Shown here: piece by piece, positions 1-44,740 of the stretch
Layout: each line of letters opens with the position of its first letter
Numbering within the stretch: position 1 is the stretch's first letter
Origin: Salpingoeca rosetta
Lineage: Eukaryota; Protista; Choanoflagellata
DNA: 64,000 bases
Direction of reading: 5' to 3'
Assembly: GCA_033442325.1 (NCBI GenBank)
Contig: JAWQFM010000022.1
Span: forward strand, 62,001-126,000
Program-made: the position numbers and the translations under genes
The notes under the pieces: generated by a model
Told to the model about the DNA's origin: nothing
What the model saw: the letters and a program-made list of their open reading frames with translations, nothing else
Database searches by the model: none

Positions 1-417
1 TTCCCCTTTGCCTGGTATTTGCTTCCCCCTTCCCTTCCTCCCAGTTCACGGTTCACTTGTTTGCCGCTGCCTGCAATAATGCCACCCTTTGTTGTTTCAT
101 GTGCGCGTGCACGTGTGTCTTGTCTGTGCGCTGCACGTGTGTCTTGTGTGTATCGAGCTCATCAAAACCGCTTCCAGTGACCCTTTGAGTTCCCATTTGG
201 TGGTTTTATGGTTCAGCTAACGCGTGCACACCCCCGTTGCCACGTCAATTAAAGACATCAGCCACAACATATCACACAGAATCACATCACCCCACACACA
301 GCACCACAGCAAAAAACACGCACGAACCATGAGCGAAAAGCAAACAAACATGAGAAGATCAAGACAATTTCACACCAGCGGCAAGACAGCAGCTTCAACA
401 CATTTGGCAGCTGTTAT

Positions 418-12871
<12,454 letters not shown>

Positions 12872-13608
12872 ACCGCAGGTGCTTCCAGCTCGCAACAAGC
12901 TGGCCGGTTGTGTGCACGCCCGGAAGGGTTGTGTGTGCGCTGCTGGTGCGGTCAGCCGCCGCACGCACACAAACGCAAACCACAGACACACAAACAGCAC
13001 CAAGCGCAGGCCGAGGTTGCTCGTTGACGAAAATTACTTTATATTTTTCACAAATTGTCACAACTCACGATGACTGCCTTCTTTCTTTCAGCTTTCTCTT
13101 TCTTTCTCTCCTCTTTCCTGCCCTTCTCTCTCTCTCATATCCATCGGTGGAAGGTGGAACGCACGCGCAGCAGCACAGACCACGTTTTATCATTGTACAC
13201 AAAACACAGCGCCTTAACGTGGGTGTGATGCACAGAAGAGACAACATTGAGACATTTGAACATCTGAAGAACGTCCTCTCTGAACGTGGGACAAACCCAG
13301 AAGAGTGAAACAAGGCAACAAGGTGGCGTGTGGAGAGCGCAGTGGAAGCAGAAAGCCATTCACTCAGCATGAGAGAGATGGGGACGAAGAAGCAGAAAGC
13401 AACGGAGCCAGCCACAGAGTCGAAGAACGAGAGAAGATTGACGAAGGGAAGCTGGCAGAAGAGCACAAGCAGAGCGCACCAGTGAGAGAAGAGTAGCAGC
13501 AGAGCACTAGAGCATGTTGCCCATTTCGAAAGCATGCGTCCGGTGTCCCTTCCGTTGCAGAGTTGCGCTAATCCCTTCTGTGGTGTGTGTCACCTCTGCT
13601 CGGTAATC

Positions 13609-18166
<4,558 letters not shown>

Positions 18167-18520
18167 ATCCGATGTTGATGCGCTTGACTCTGCGCTGCTC
18201 AAGCAAGGGCGGTGATCTGATCTTAGTGTTGTCGCCTGTTGCTTCGTTGATTGATGTGCTGTGGGGAATGACACACTGATGCTGCTGCTGCTTCGCTCAT
18301 TGTAACATAAATGACGGTGGGGCGTTGTTTGCTTGCGCATGCGCCATCAGCCAGTGCCGTTGCGGCATCACGGGGCAGTTGCATTTCATGCCCCCAAAGT
18401 CGCAAATTTTATTTGTTTTCCTCCTTTGCGTTCTGGGCGCGTGCTGTGCATCCACACGTTAGCACAAGAAGCGTGAAGGTAAAACACGGCAAGCACACCC
18501 AATGGTTCGAAGAAAGAAAG

Positions 18521-18967
18521 CTAGCTCCTCTGCACCTCTCCTGCGAAGGAGAAGGCGACGGCACCGGCAATCATGGTATGTTGGAGGCGGAGGTCGTTGC
18601 TTGCAAGCAACAAGTCTGCGAAATAGCCCGGTTTGATGCGTCCGACACGTGGAATGCGCGCGACCCGCGCCGGTGTGGCGCTCAGCATGTCGCACGCGGC
18701 TGCCACGTTCTGGCCTTGTTCGTTCACGAGAAAGCGGAGACAGTCCCACAACGACAGGCAGCTACCCGCCAACGTCGTTGTGCCCTGGTCAAGTGCGCAT
18801 CACGCATTGGGTGTGCATGTGGCAGTGTGGTGAGAACGCAACACCGAGGCGCTGACCGTGCGTGTGTGTGTGTGTGCATGCCTGTGTGGGTTGAAACATA
18901 TGGTGCAGCTCGCACAACAAGACAGACTGTGTAGAGCAGTGCCGCCATACACACAAACACGCAACAT

Positions 18968-19050
<83 letters not shown>

Positions 19051-19814
19051 CACACACACACGCACACACGCACACACGCAACATCCAATAATACGCACAC
19101 ACGCGCGCGCAAACCACATGCACACGCACGCACAAGATTCACCCATGCGTGTATGCGTACCTCGACGTAGACGCCCTTGCCCTTTGGTCCAACCTCCAAT
19201 TCGCGGCCGCAGTACGCGCTCTTGAGCCCAGGCTCGCCATGCAGGATGTTGTCTGGCGCCGCCAAGTGCCCAGAGACGCAAGGGCGCAGTGAGTGGGTGT
19301 AGGAGCACGATCGAGGGGATAACAAGGCAGCCGTTGCAACTGACACAGAGTGCCCACAGCCAAAGCAAGTATCTTGCCGCCAACACACACGCACACACGT
19401 ACCTGTGATGAAAGCGACAGCTGCCGGTGTTCGGGCAGAGAGGAGGCCTGCGACTGTCAATGTGTCCACGTGCAGGCCATCACCAATCACCTACACACAC
19501 ACACACACACACGCCAAGCGGTGGCGCAATGGCAGGGTAGAATACATCAGTGACGATGCGCAGCAGCGAAGCGACTGCTCATTACCCTTACGCGAATGCA
19601 GCCATGCAAAATCAAGGGAGTACAGGGCAGAAAAGGGTCTCTGCAGTGCAACGCACCTCAACTGTGGGAGGGTGCAGGCCAGCGAAAGTCGGGTTGTTGG
19701 GGAACGAGCGGCAAAGGCCAAAGTTGACCAGTGACGTGTCTCTGTCAACACACACAAATATCAGTGTGCGGTGTGTGTGTGTGTGTGTGCGTGTGCGTGT
19801 GCGCGCGTGTGCGT

Positions 19815-19845
<31 letters not shown>

Positions 19846-20830
19846 CGTGTGCGTGTGCGTGTGTGCATATGAAAGCACGATTAACGATCAGCTTGAAACG
19901 ATCAAAGCAAGGACGAAGGTGGAGTGGATGCATCGTGGGCGTACCTGTGGTGGAATTTGCTGACATTGAAGATGTGGGTAATGTGTGGCGTACTATCTGT
20001 ACAACAACAAACAAACATAACGACCATCAGCTGTCAGCCATAAGTTGCCGGTGCACCAGGTTGAACACGCCGCAGCTACAACAAGGCAACAAGGCAACAC
20101 GCGCACACACACACACATACACACATACACACACACATACACACACACACATACACACACACACATACACACACACACACACATACACACCATTGTATTC
20201 GCTGGCGGTGCGGAGGGCTGCGACGATGTCGTCGGCGGTGGCGTGCTTGTCGTGACCCAGGGCAACGCGGATTCCCCGGTCCAAAAGCAGCCTGAGACCA
20301 TAGCCACGCACGCGCGCACGGAAGAAGATCAGGTCAGGGTGATCTGCGCTTCTAAAAACACACACACACATACATGCACACATGCACATATACACACATG
20401 TACGTACACACATGCACACACACACACACACACGTACGCACGCACGTGTGTCACCTGGTGCGGCGGAAATCTGATTGCGGTTCCATGGACGGGGAGATGG
20501 TCATGACCTTCATATGGCCCTGACACCTGACAGCCCCGCGCATTCACAGAAGATGCGTGTCAGTTGGCGCAGTGTTGCACAACAAAGACACGCACTCAAA
20601 CCTTGATGCAAGGGCAGGCGGTCACATGTGAACGCGTCCAACGACAACTAGGCGTGGAAGGTGGTATGCGTACATGTCAACAATCTCCGTGAATTCCTCC
20701 AGGGACGGGTTGAGGTTTTGATTGGGAAGAGCGCCCGCATCCCGGATGACAGGGCCCTCTGCGAGAGCAAGAGGTAACGCACAGTGGCACGTGAGAGAGC
20801 AGACATGGCGTCAACTTGCACATACGTGTA

Positions 20831-20861
<31 letters not shown>

Positions 20862-21706
20862 TCTCGCAGTTGCACGTGTGTGGAAGCGCTTGCAGCACAC
20901 ATCCACTGTTGCGCCAGCAAGCGCAGCCCATCGTCAGCTACCTGCGTGGATGCCAGCACAGCGAGTGTGTCCCGGTTTCGGCTTGGCTATCACAGGCAAC
21001 AAGGCGTCCAAGCTAGCGGCGTAGGATTCGCGGTCCATAGGCAGCAGTGACGCCAGCACGGTGGTGACGCCATTCGCTGGCAGCTTGCTCAATGTAAACT
21101 CGGGGTTTGTCCATGAATACGCCACATCATGTGACCCGCCCACGCCGTGGTTGTGAATGTCAACTGCACCGCACAACGCGCGTGTGTGTCAGCGCGAGCG
21201 TATGTATGTGTGCATGTGTGTCAGCGTGAGCGTATGTATGTGTGTGTCAGCCTGTGTGTGTGTGCGTGTGTCATCATGTGTGGGTGTCAATGTGTTGACC
21301 GTGCCGTTACGTCTATGACATGATGCACTCGATACCTCTGTCTCATTCTCTCTCCCCCCCCCCCTTTCAAAAACCCCTCTCCCCCGCTCTTTTATTGTCA
21401 CTGACCAAAGCCCGGAAGCAGGAGCGGTGCACTCAGGGTGACTGCGCTGTCCTTTGGCTTCTCCGTACCGACCGTGCTGATCATGCCATGCTCATCCACG
21501 GTCACATACACCGGTCCCTCTGCATGTGTTCAAATGCCAGCAATTTGAGCAGCCGTACAAGCCACACGCACGAACAGCAGAGCGCAAAAACAGCAAAATC
21601 ACCATAGAGACGCAATGTCTGTGCAAGTCGCCGCAACCAACCGACCTTGAAAGACGCCATCACCAAGCACAGCGCCCTCCGTTGCTTCAACAACCACCAA
21701 CACCAT
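18521..21706 (-). CDS. nagA: N-acetylglucosamine-6-phosphate deacetylase-like amidohydrolase (NagA/AMDHD2 family), multi-exon
   Basis: Spliced motifs LLPGF|VDIHNHG, NGVTTVLASL, GIHA|EGP, KVMTISPS, VALGH, THIFNVSKFHHR, IGDGLHVD, FIT|D, AGSCLSL, SATPAR, GRIKPGYFADLLL. Start inferred at MVLVVVEAT (21706). Confidence 0.85.
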
Positions 21707-21869
21707 CGTGTGTGTGCGGCGGGTGTTGTTCGGTGAGCAGTGCGCTGTTGATGCTGAAAATTATGAACATCTCCATATATTTCTCCCAACTCTGGATGGC
21801 GCCGAAACCCACGACGACGACTTGCCGCACAACACCAAACACGAGCACCAGCACCACACCACCACCAGC

Positions 21870-22871
21870 ATGCACTACACACCCGAGGGTGCAGAGGCGC
21901 TCAACGCGCTGCTGCTGGTTGTGCAAGGCGAAGCCGAAAACGTACTCAAGTCAATGCTGCCAGAGTTCTCGCCGAGAGCAGTGGCAGCAACAGCCGCACC
22001 AGCCACTGCTGCCAGTGACCACGATGTGGATGCCGATGCCAATGGTGATGGCGCCGATGCCGATGGCGAGAAGAAGCCCAAGAAGACGCAACAGGAAACG
22101 GAGGAACACAGGCCAGCGCCAACAGTCAAGGCGTCGTCATTCTACGGCGCTCGGTCCAAGACACGGGCAAGTGCACCAACCAACGAACAGCGCGCTGACA
22201 GCACGGCAAAACGAACAGCAGCGCAGGCCACAGCTGCAGCCTCGGCTCCAAAGTCCCCGAAGGCTCGCGTGTCCAAGCGATTGGGTAGACCCGTCCACAC
22301 TTCGCCGGCTGTCAACAGCCCGCGTGTCAACGACAGCATCGACAGTCCCGCTGCCAAGCGCAACAAGGCCGGTACCAGCACAGGCACGGGCACGGGCACG
22401 CATGCGTCCCCCGCCCCGGCATCAGGCGATGCATACGACTTTGATGTTGCAGATACACCATCTCCCGCTCAAACGACACCGCGTGCGTTCCGGCGAACCG
22501 CGCGCAAGGGCCTGCAACTGAGAGGTACGTCTTCGCGTGCGTGTACACATGGCTGTGCGACAGCGTGCCAGCGTGAACACGAATAAGAGTACGGCACATA
22601 CGCGTGTGCTTTGATGATGATCCATTGTCTTTTATTACTCTCTGTGTGGGTATGTGTGTATGTATCTGTGTATGTGTTCATGTGCGTGTGTGCGGGTATG
22701 TGTTCATGTGTTCATGTGTGTCCGTGTGTTTGTATGTGTGTAGTGTGTTTGTGTTTGTGTGTGTGTGTGTGCATGTGTCGCTCATTTCCGTTATCCGTCC
22801 TTGTGTCTTTGCCAGGTGGTCGACAGCGGACAAAGGCAACACATGCAGACCTGTTCAGTGACCTCGCTTGA
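21870..22871 (+). CDS. Hypothetical low-complexity protein, 2 exons (21870-22524, 22816-22871)
   Basis: ORF MHYTPEGAEALNALLL... with coding-like composition. GT donor at 22525 and AG acceptor at 22814-22815 give an in-frame end ...HADLFSDLA*. No recognisable domain. Confidence 0.55.
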
Positions 22872-23159
22872 GGTGGCTTGCACCAAGGGCATGGCAAGCA
22901 CGCCTGGAAATTGTTATAGTGACATGACGTATCGACGCAAAAGTTCACATCAGTTGACCGCCGTCAAGTGTCTGCATTGTTACGGACCACCAGATGCTGC
23001 TCATTGGATCGTTATTGGCGTGCTTTATTGGTTGGAGTGAGAAGGGCAAGTGGGCAGTCACATGCCACAGCAACAGCAGCAACAGCAGCAACAGCGGTAG
23101 CAGCGTCACTGAAATGGCTACGCGCATGTATGCACGTGCGTGTTTATGCGAGCTGGCGC

Positions 23160-28980
<5,821 letters not shown>

Positions 28981-29508
28981 GATGAGGGTTGCAGTGCAGT
29001 CGTGGGTAGCAGCTGGTGGCAGTGATTGGTTCGTTTGCGACGAGCAATGTCAATGTCAGCCAGTGGGATTGCAGATAAATACTGAATGATATCAGCAAAT
29101 AATCGGCAAGTTGGTGGTGTTTGGAGGTCTCCTTGTTTGCAAGACGCAACTGCACTGTTTGCGTGTCAGTCATTGTCTCTTGTCGTTGTCGTTGTGACAT
29201 GGTGGTGTGTGTGTGTGGGGAGGGTACTCGCGTAACAGAGAAGAACAATCACACGTGTAGTGGGAAGGAAGGAGGGGCTGGTGTTAAGAGTGTGTAGGCA
29301 AAAGAAGAAAGCAAACACAAGCCCCGGTCAAACGAAAGGAACAGGGATTGAAAACAACACGTTGTCAGTTGCGCAGAAAAAAGAAAGCAGCAGCATAACC
29401 CGAGCACAGGCAGGCTCAGGCAGAGGAGGGCTGGGATGAGTGATGGCCCATTTCATTTGTCAGGGCTCTGTGCCTGTGCTGGTGAAGGTGAGCTTCGGTG
29501 TGCTCTGT

Positions 29509-31247
29509 TCAGTTTGCCTTCTTCTGGGACGCGCGCCACTGCTTGATGTCGCGCTCTGCGTTGTTGTAGATGCGCTTGGCAAGCTCCGGGCGGTACCCAA
29601 ACAGGAACATAATCTCAAGGAACACAAAGTACGGCGCTGCGGTTGTGTGTGTGCATGTATGTATGTGTGCGTGTGCGTGTGTGTGTGCGTGCGTGCGTGT
29701 GTGTAATTGTGTGTGTAATTGTGTGTGTGTGTGTGTGTGGATGTGAGTGAATGAAAAATCAATGCAGTCACTGTCACTGCACAACAGGGCCAATTCATGC
29801 GAAGGTAACGCACCGAGGTAGAAGCTTTGGAAAATGTTGTCGAGGAAAGCCGGTGCACGCTTCTCGTACGCGTAGTGTCCGTAAATCTGCATCGACCAGC
29901 TGACACGCAGAACACAGCCAGTGCAGTGTTGGTAGAAGCGGTGGTGGTGGTGGTGGTGGTTTCGCGCATGTAAATGTGTGTATGAGTGTGTGTGTGTGAG
30001 TGTGTGTATGTGTGTGAGTGTGTGTATGTGAATGTGTCTGTGTATGTGTATGTGTGTGTGTGCGCGTGTGTGTGTGTGCAGTGTCCTGGGATAAAGGGAA
30101 CCGAAGCATGAACAGATGGCGCTGGAAAGTTTGAACACACCAAGCAATCTGGATGGCGGTGGCGTAGAGGAAAGGGTGCTCAGACGTGGAGTAGAAGGTG
30201 TACGAGGTGATGCCGCCCAGACCTGTGGCATGCGGTGTGGAGGGACAAGCAAGCACAGACAAGCAACACGAGCACACGCACTTGCCATGTGAGACGACAC
30301 ATCCCACGCGACCACAGTGATGGCGACACCGGTCCCGCCCCCACATTCACATTCACATTCACATTCGCACCCACACCACATGCCCAGCCATGCTACCACA
30401 CTCGAGCACATTCATGCCACAACTGATCGCACTCGACTGACCAAGGAGAATCGAAGCAAGAGAGCCAGCAAAGGGTTCCATGGCAATGTAGCCAGCGGCG
30501 TAGATGCCAGCGGCTGAACGGAAGTGCAGTTGTAGTACATGGTGGTGATCAGTGAGGTGGGGCATGGTGGCAACATCATCGTGCCGTTGCTCAAACGACA
30601 TTGTCGGACGGACACATCGCCGCGTAAGAATGAGATGCACAATGGGCACAGCTGTCTCACCGAGAAGGCCACCGTGGAAAGGCATGTCACCAAGTCCAAC
30701 TGTTTCAAGAGCAGGCTTCGCGACTTCGGGCATCTGCACGATGTCAGAATGGGTGTGAGGACGCAGCACACACACACGCGCACACGATTCCGCACAAGGG
30801 TACACAAGCGCTCACTCACTTACACAAATTAATTCACACACGCTCACAAATATATATACACACGCACACACACACGCAAGTTGCCAGTGAAACGCACCGG
30901 GCATTGGTAGAGACCGGCAAAGTAGACAAAGCCAGACCACAGCAGCATGGGCACGCCAACAACGTGGAGTGCAAAGTTCACCGTGTTGTGGTGATACTGC
31001 ACTCACGTTCATGGTTCAGTGTGAGTGAGAGAGGGGAGTGAGTGTGTGTGTGTGTGTGATTGTGTGTGTGTGTGTGTGTGTGATTGTGTTAGTGAACCAG
31101 CAAGCGGAGACAACTGCGCGTGTGTTGCGACGATGTAAACAAAACAAGAAATGTAGGTGGGGAAAAGGAGGAACACACCAACAACACCAACAAGCATACG
31201 GCAAATACCTGGGCGTAGAAGCCCAGCTGCTTCTCGAGGTTGAACAT
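29509..31247 (-). CDS. DUF962/Mpo1-like membrane protein (2-hydroxy fatty acid dioxygenase family)
   Basis: MFNLEKQLGFYAQ|YHHNTVNFALHVVGVP ... SWSMQIYGHYAYEKRAPAFLDN ... APYFVFLEIMFLFGYRPEL: the characteristic His motifs of DUF962. An alternative in-frame ATG lies at 31262. Confidence 0.88.
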
Positions 31248-31420
31248 GTCGCCAATTCCCATCGCGGCAGTGGTGTTGTGATGTGTGAGAGCAGAGTGAG
31301 AGAACTTGTGAGTTGTGAAAGCCAGGCAAGCAAGAAGCAAGCAGAAGGACAGGAGCGGCCAAATTGCGTCATTTTTCGCAAACGACAGCACAAAACGCAG
31401 TGAACGCAGTGAACGCAAGC

Positions 31421-40912
<9,492 letters not shown>

Positions 40913-41302
40913 GCCGGGCACCAGCTGTTGTTTTGCCGTGCCAACATAGGCAGCCAACCTGCCGTGCACACGCAGCAGTCGTGTTTGTTGTTTGTTGTAC
41001 TGTGTTGTGGCTTGAAGGGTCACGTATTGATGCTTCCTTTCCAAGTATGTGCGTAGTGGACGCTGTTTGCACGACTTACATACGGTCGATTCGTCTTATT
41101 TACACGCTTCACGCTACAACACTTGTTCACACTCCAATAACAAGGTCACTTAGAAACAGCCAACATGCACAAAGTCAGCACAGCCACACGCATTCCTTCC
41201 TTCCGCAACACGCACGCACACACATCCATGCAAGCACATGCACGCAAAATACACACATGTTCACAAACGTCCATCCATCCGTCCAAAACATCCGCGCACG
41301 CA

Positions 41303-43383
41303 TCACAGCTGCTTGGCGCGTTTGGCGGTGCCTTGTGCGCCTTCATCACGGCGAATCGTCGTCGCGTTGATGAAAACGTGCCGGTGGGCGCGGCCGTGGT
41401 GTGCAGGCGCAGCAACACGCGTTGTCATCAACAGCTCATCTGCCCCTCGTTTGTGCCGGCGCCGTCCGCCCTCAACCCGACTATCATCACCACCATCACC
41501 ATCACCACCACCATCACCACCACCATCACCACCACCATCACCATTGGTGTCATTGCTCTCTGCCCTTGCCTCATCTTCATGCCGTTGGGATGTGCTGGTC
41601 GCGGGCCGTGTCCTCGGACCACCACCACGATCACCACCACCGCTGCCGCTGCTGCCGCCACCACTGCTAATAACAACAACAGAGCCGTCACGCCGGCGAG
41701 CAGCAACAGCTGAGCGGCCGGTGCCAACGAGGGTCGACATGCGACGACACACGTCAAGCCCAAACACCACCTGCCGCGCACCGGTCGTGGGGTCGCTCTT
41801 CGCCCGACGCAACACCGTGCTGCCAGATGATGGCGGTGATGATGTGGTTGTGCTGTCACGCGGTCCTTTGCTGGGCGATGCTGTGTCAAGTGCCGAAGTC
41901 ACCCCGAATACGGCTTCGCGTCCCTGCTTTGCGTTGTTGCCATCGCCTGCAGCTGCACCACCCTTGATGCTGCTGTCCCGCTTCGTGACCTTCCCCTTGC
42001 TGTTCTTCTTCTTCGCCGCTGCCGTCAGGGTGTGCGCTGTCGTGGTGCGGGTCTTCACAAAGAGGCTGCCCTCCCTACCGCCACCACCACCGTCATCAGT
42101 GGTCATGTCACTGTTGAGTGTGCGCAATTGCTGCCGCTGCCGCTGCCTCATCGCTTCCTTTGCGTGGCGGGACTTGGCACCAAACACGCAGTGGCAGGTC
42201 ATGATGTGCGAGATGAGCGAGTTTGCACTGGTCACCTCCTGTTTGCACCGATAAAACGGACAGCGCACGCGTGCCGGCTCGCGCGTGGGCGGCAGTGTTG
42301 CATCTGTGAACAGCAGCTGGAGTGCGTGCACGTCGTTCATGTGCTCAATGAGCTCATCGGGTGTTGGCACCCACACGTCGCAGCCGCGTTCTGGGCAGTG
42401 GAAGGCGAGACGGCGGCGGCCAAACAGCACCTGCTGCTCAATGCCAGCGTCGGGGGCGGGCGAGGGGCGCGGGAGGCGTGAGCTGTCTGTTGGTTCGCAC
42501 TGCACCAGCACGCCCTGAAACACGTTTCCGTCGTGGTACAGCCGTGCCGTCACCGCAGACCCTTCGCTCAGCACGCTCGTGACCTCAACCGTGGCGGCGC
42601 CCAGTGGGGGCGGGTTGGACACGGGCATAGCAGTGATGGGTGTCGCTGTGGTGATGCGATGGGATGCAAGCGTGGTTGGGCCAGCAGCAGCCGGGATTGG
42701 AAGAGGCACGGGCGCGTTGAGGTCCAGACCAGCCAGCAGGAACGCGGCGCTCTTTGGATCCTGCATCAAGCTGACAACACTTCCAAAGCGATGGGAGACG
42801 TCTGGTGCGGGCGCGCTGCCCGCTTGCTTCGTACGCTGGCTCTTGATGGCGGCGGCGGCGGCGGTGATAGTGGTGGTGGTGGTGTCGTTGCCTGGTGCAT
42901 TGGCTGCAGAACGGTTGGTGCTGCTGCTGCTGCTGTTGCGACTGCCGTTCATGTGTGCCTGCTGTCGTGCTTTCTTGCTGCTGCTATTGCTCGTGTGACT
43001 GGAGACGTGTTTGTCTTTCCGCCCCTTTGCACGCTGCTGCTGGTGCTGCTCTTGCGATGTTCGTGTTTTTGCCTTCTTCGCTGCACGCGGGGACGGGAGC
43101 GGCGAGGTGGCGGTGGTTGGTGTTGCAGATGATGAGGATGATGTTGGTGAGGGTGACGGCGATGTTGCCCGCGTTGTCGCTGCAGTCGAGACCGCCGCTG
43201 CTTCTGCTGCGTGTGCGTCTGTTGCGTCCATGCATCCTGCTGCTGTTATGAACCTCTGTGGTAGTCCCTCCAGCCGTTGCAGCTCCACGATTGCATCAGC
43301 AAGCATTTGCTTCGACAGCGTCTTGCGGATCACAAACCGTGGTTCAGCCTTTGTCTGCTGCTCATGTGAGTGAGTGAGTGTGA

Positions 43384-43479
<96 letters not shown>

Positions 43480-44696
43480 ATGTGTGATGAAGGGTGAGGT
43501 CGAGGCAGAAGGAAAAAGATGAGGTGACAACAGCTTCATGTGTCCGAGATGCAACTCAAGCGGACGTGCTCTGCGGACCTGGTGCTGTGTCTTGAGATGG
43601 CTGATCAGAGACTTATGCGACAGGAACTGCGCGCCGCATTTGTCGACACCGCAGACCCACACATGTGCTGTGCCGAGAATTCGCTCACACATGTGACTGC
43701 AGTCGAAATCGTGGCGGAGCGGGTGGGGAATGTTGACATGAGCCAATGTAAATAAAAGCATCAACCTTGTCTCAACGATACGCACACAATCGCCGACAAC
43801 AAGAACACGGTCAAACCACACACACACACACCCTCACACACAGACACACACACACACAGACACACACACACGCACACACACACACACGCCTCATCACAGA
43901 ATGCACACCATGAACCACACGACACGCATGAGTGTTGCAAACACACACGTGCACGAGTTGGTCCACGTACGCTGTTGGGAGATCTGCGAGGGATGCCGGG
44001 ATGTGTTTGGCACTCGTGCTGTTGATGACGCAGCGACGGCGCACACTGCACCGGCAGCAATGGGGTGATGATGACGATGATGGTGGTGATGACGATGATG
44101 GGAGGTGTGATGATGGTTGTGATGAGATGGTGTTTGGATGGTGGTGATAGGGTAAGCGATGATGGCAACGCGATGTTGAAGGTTTTGAGGAGCAAGGAAA
44201 CGTCGAGGGAGCGTGCACGTTATGAATTGGAGTCAACGCAACAACTCAAACAACATGCACAGCGAAAGCAACCAGGCCAGGCCAGGCCAAGCCAGACGCA
44301 TGCCCGCAAGCAAAACATCACTCAGACATGCATTGCCACCTTCGTGGTTTTGGGAGAGGCACCAGCTCAAACATGTCCGAGGTTGCTCCCCACTTGTCCG
44401 GCTGACAACACACAGCAGACAGAGGAAAACGTGACAGTGGCAGTGACATGTCAGCAGAGCAAAGAGGCATGTACAGGACCAGGGTGCATGACATGCAGAC
44501 TCCACATGCATTTGTGTGTGTGTGTGTGCGTGTGCACGTACCTTCTTAGGCTGGAAGTTGCCATCTTCCTTGTCAATCATGAATTCGCACACGTACACGT
44601 CCTGCGCATCAAAGCCGGCGGGGTCGCCCACCTGAGAAAAAAAAAGGAACAGTAGAGGTGAGGAGCAGCACACGCTCTCACAAGTGTGCTCACTTG

Positions 44697-44740
<44 letters not shown>

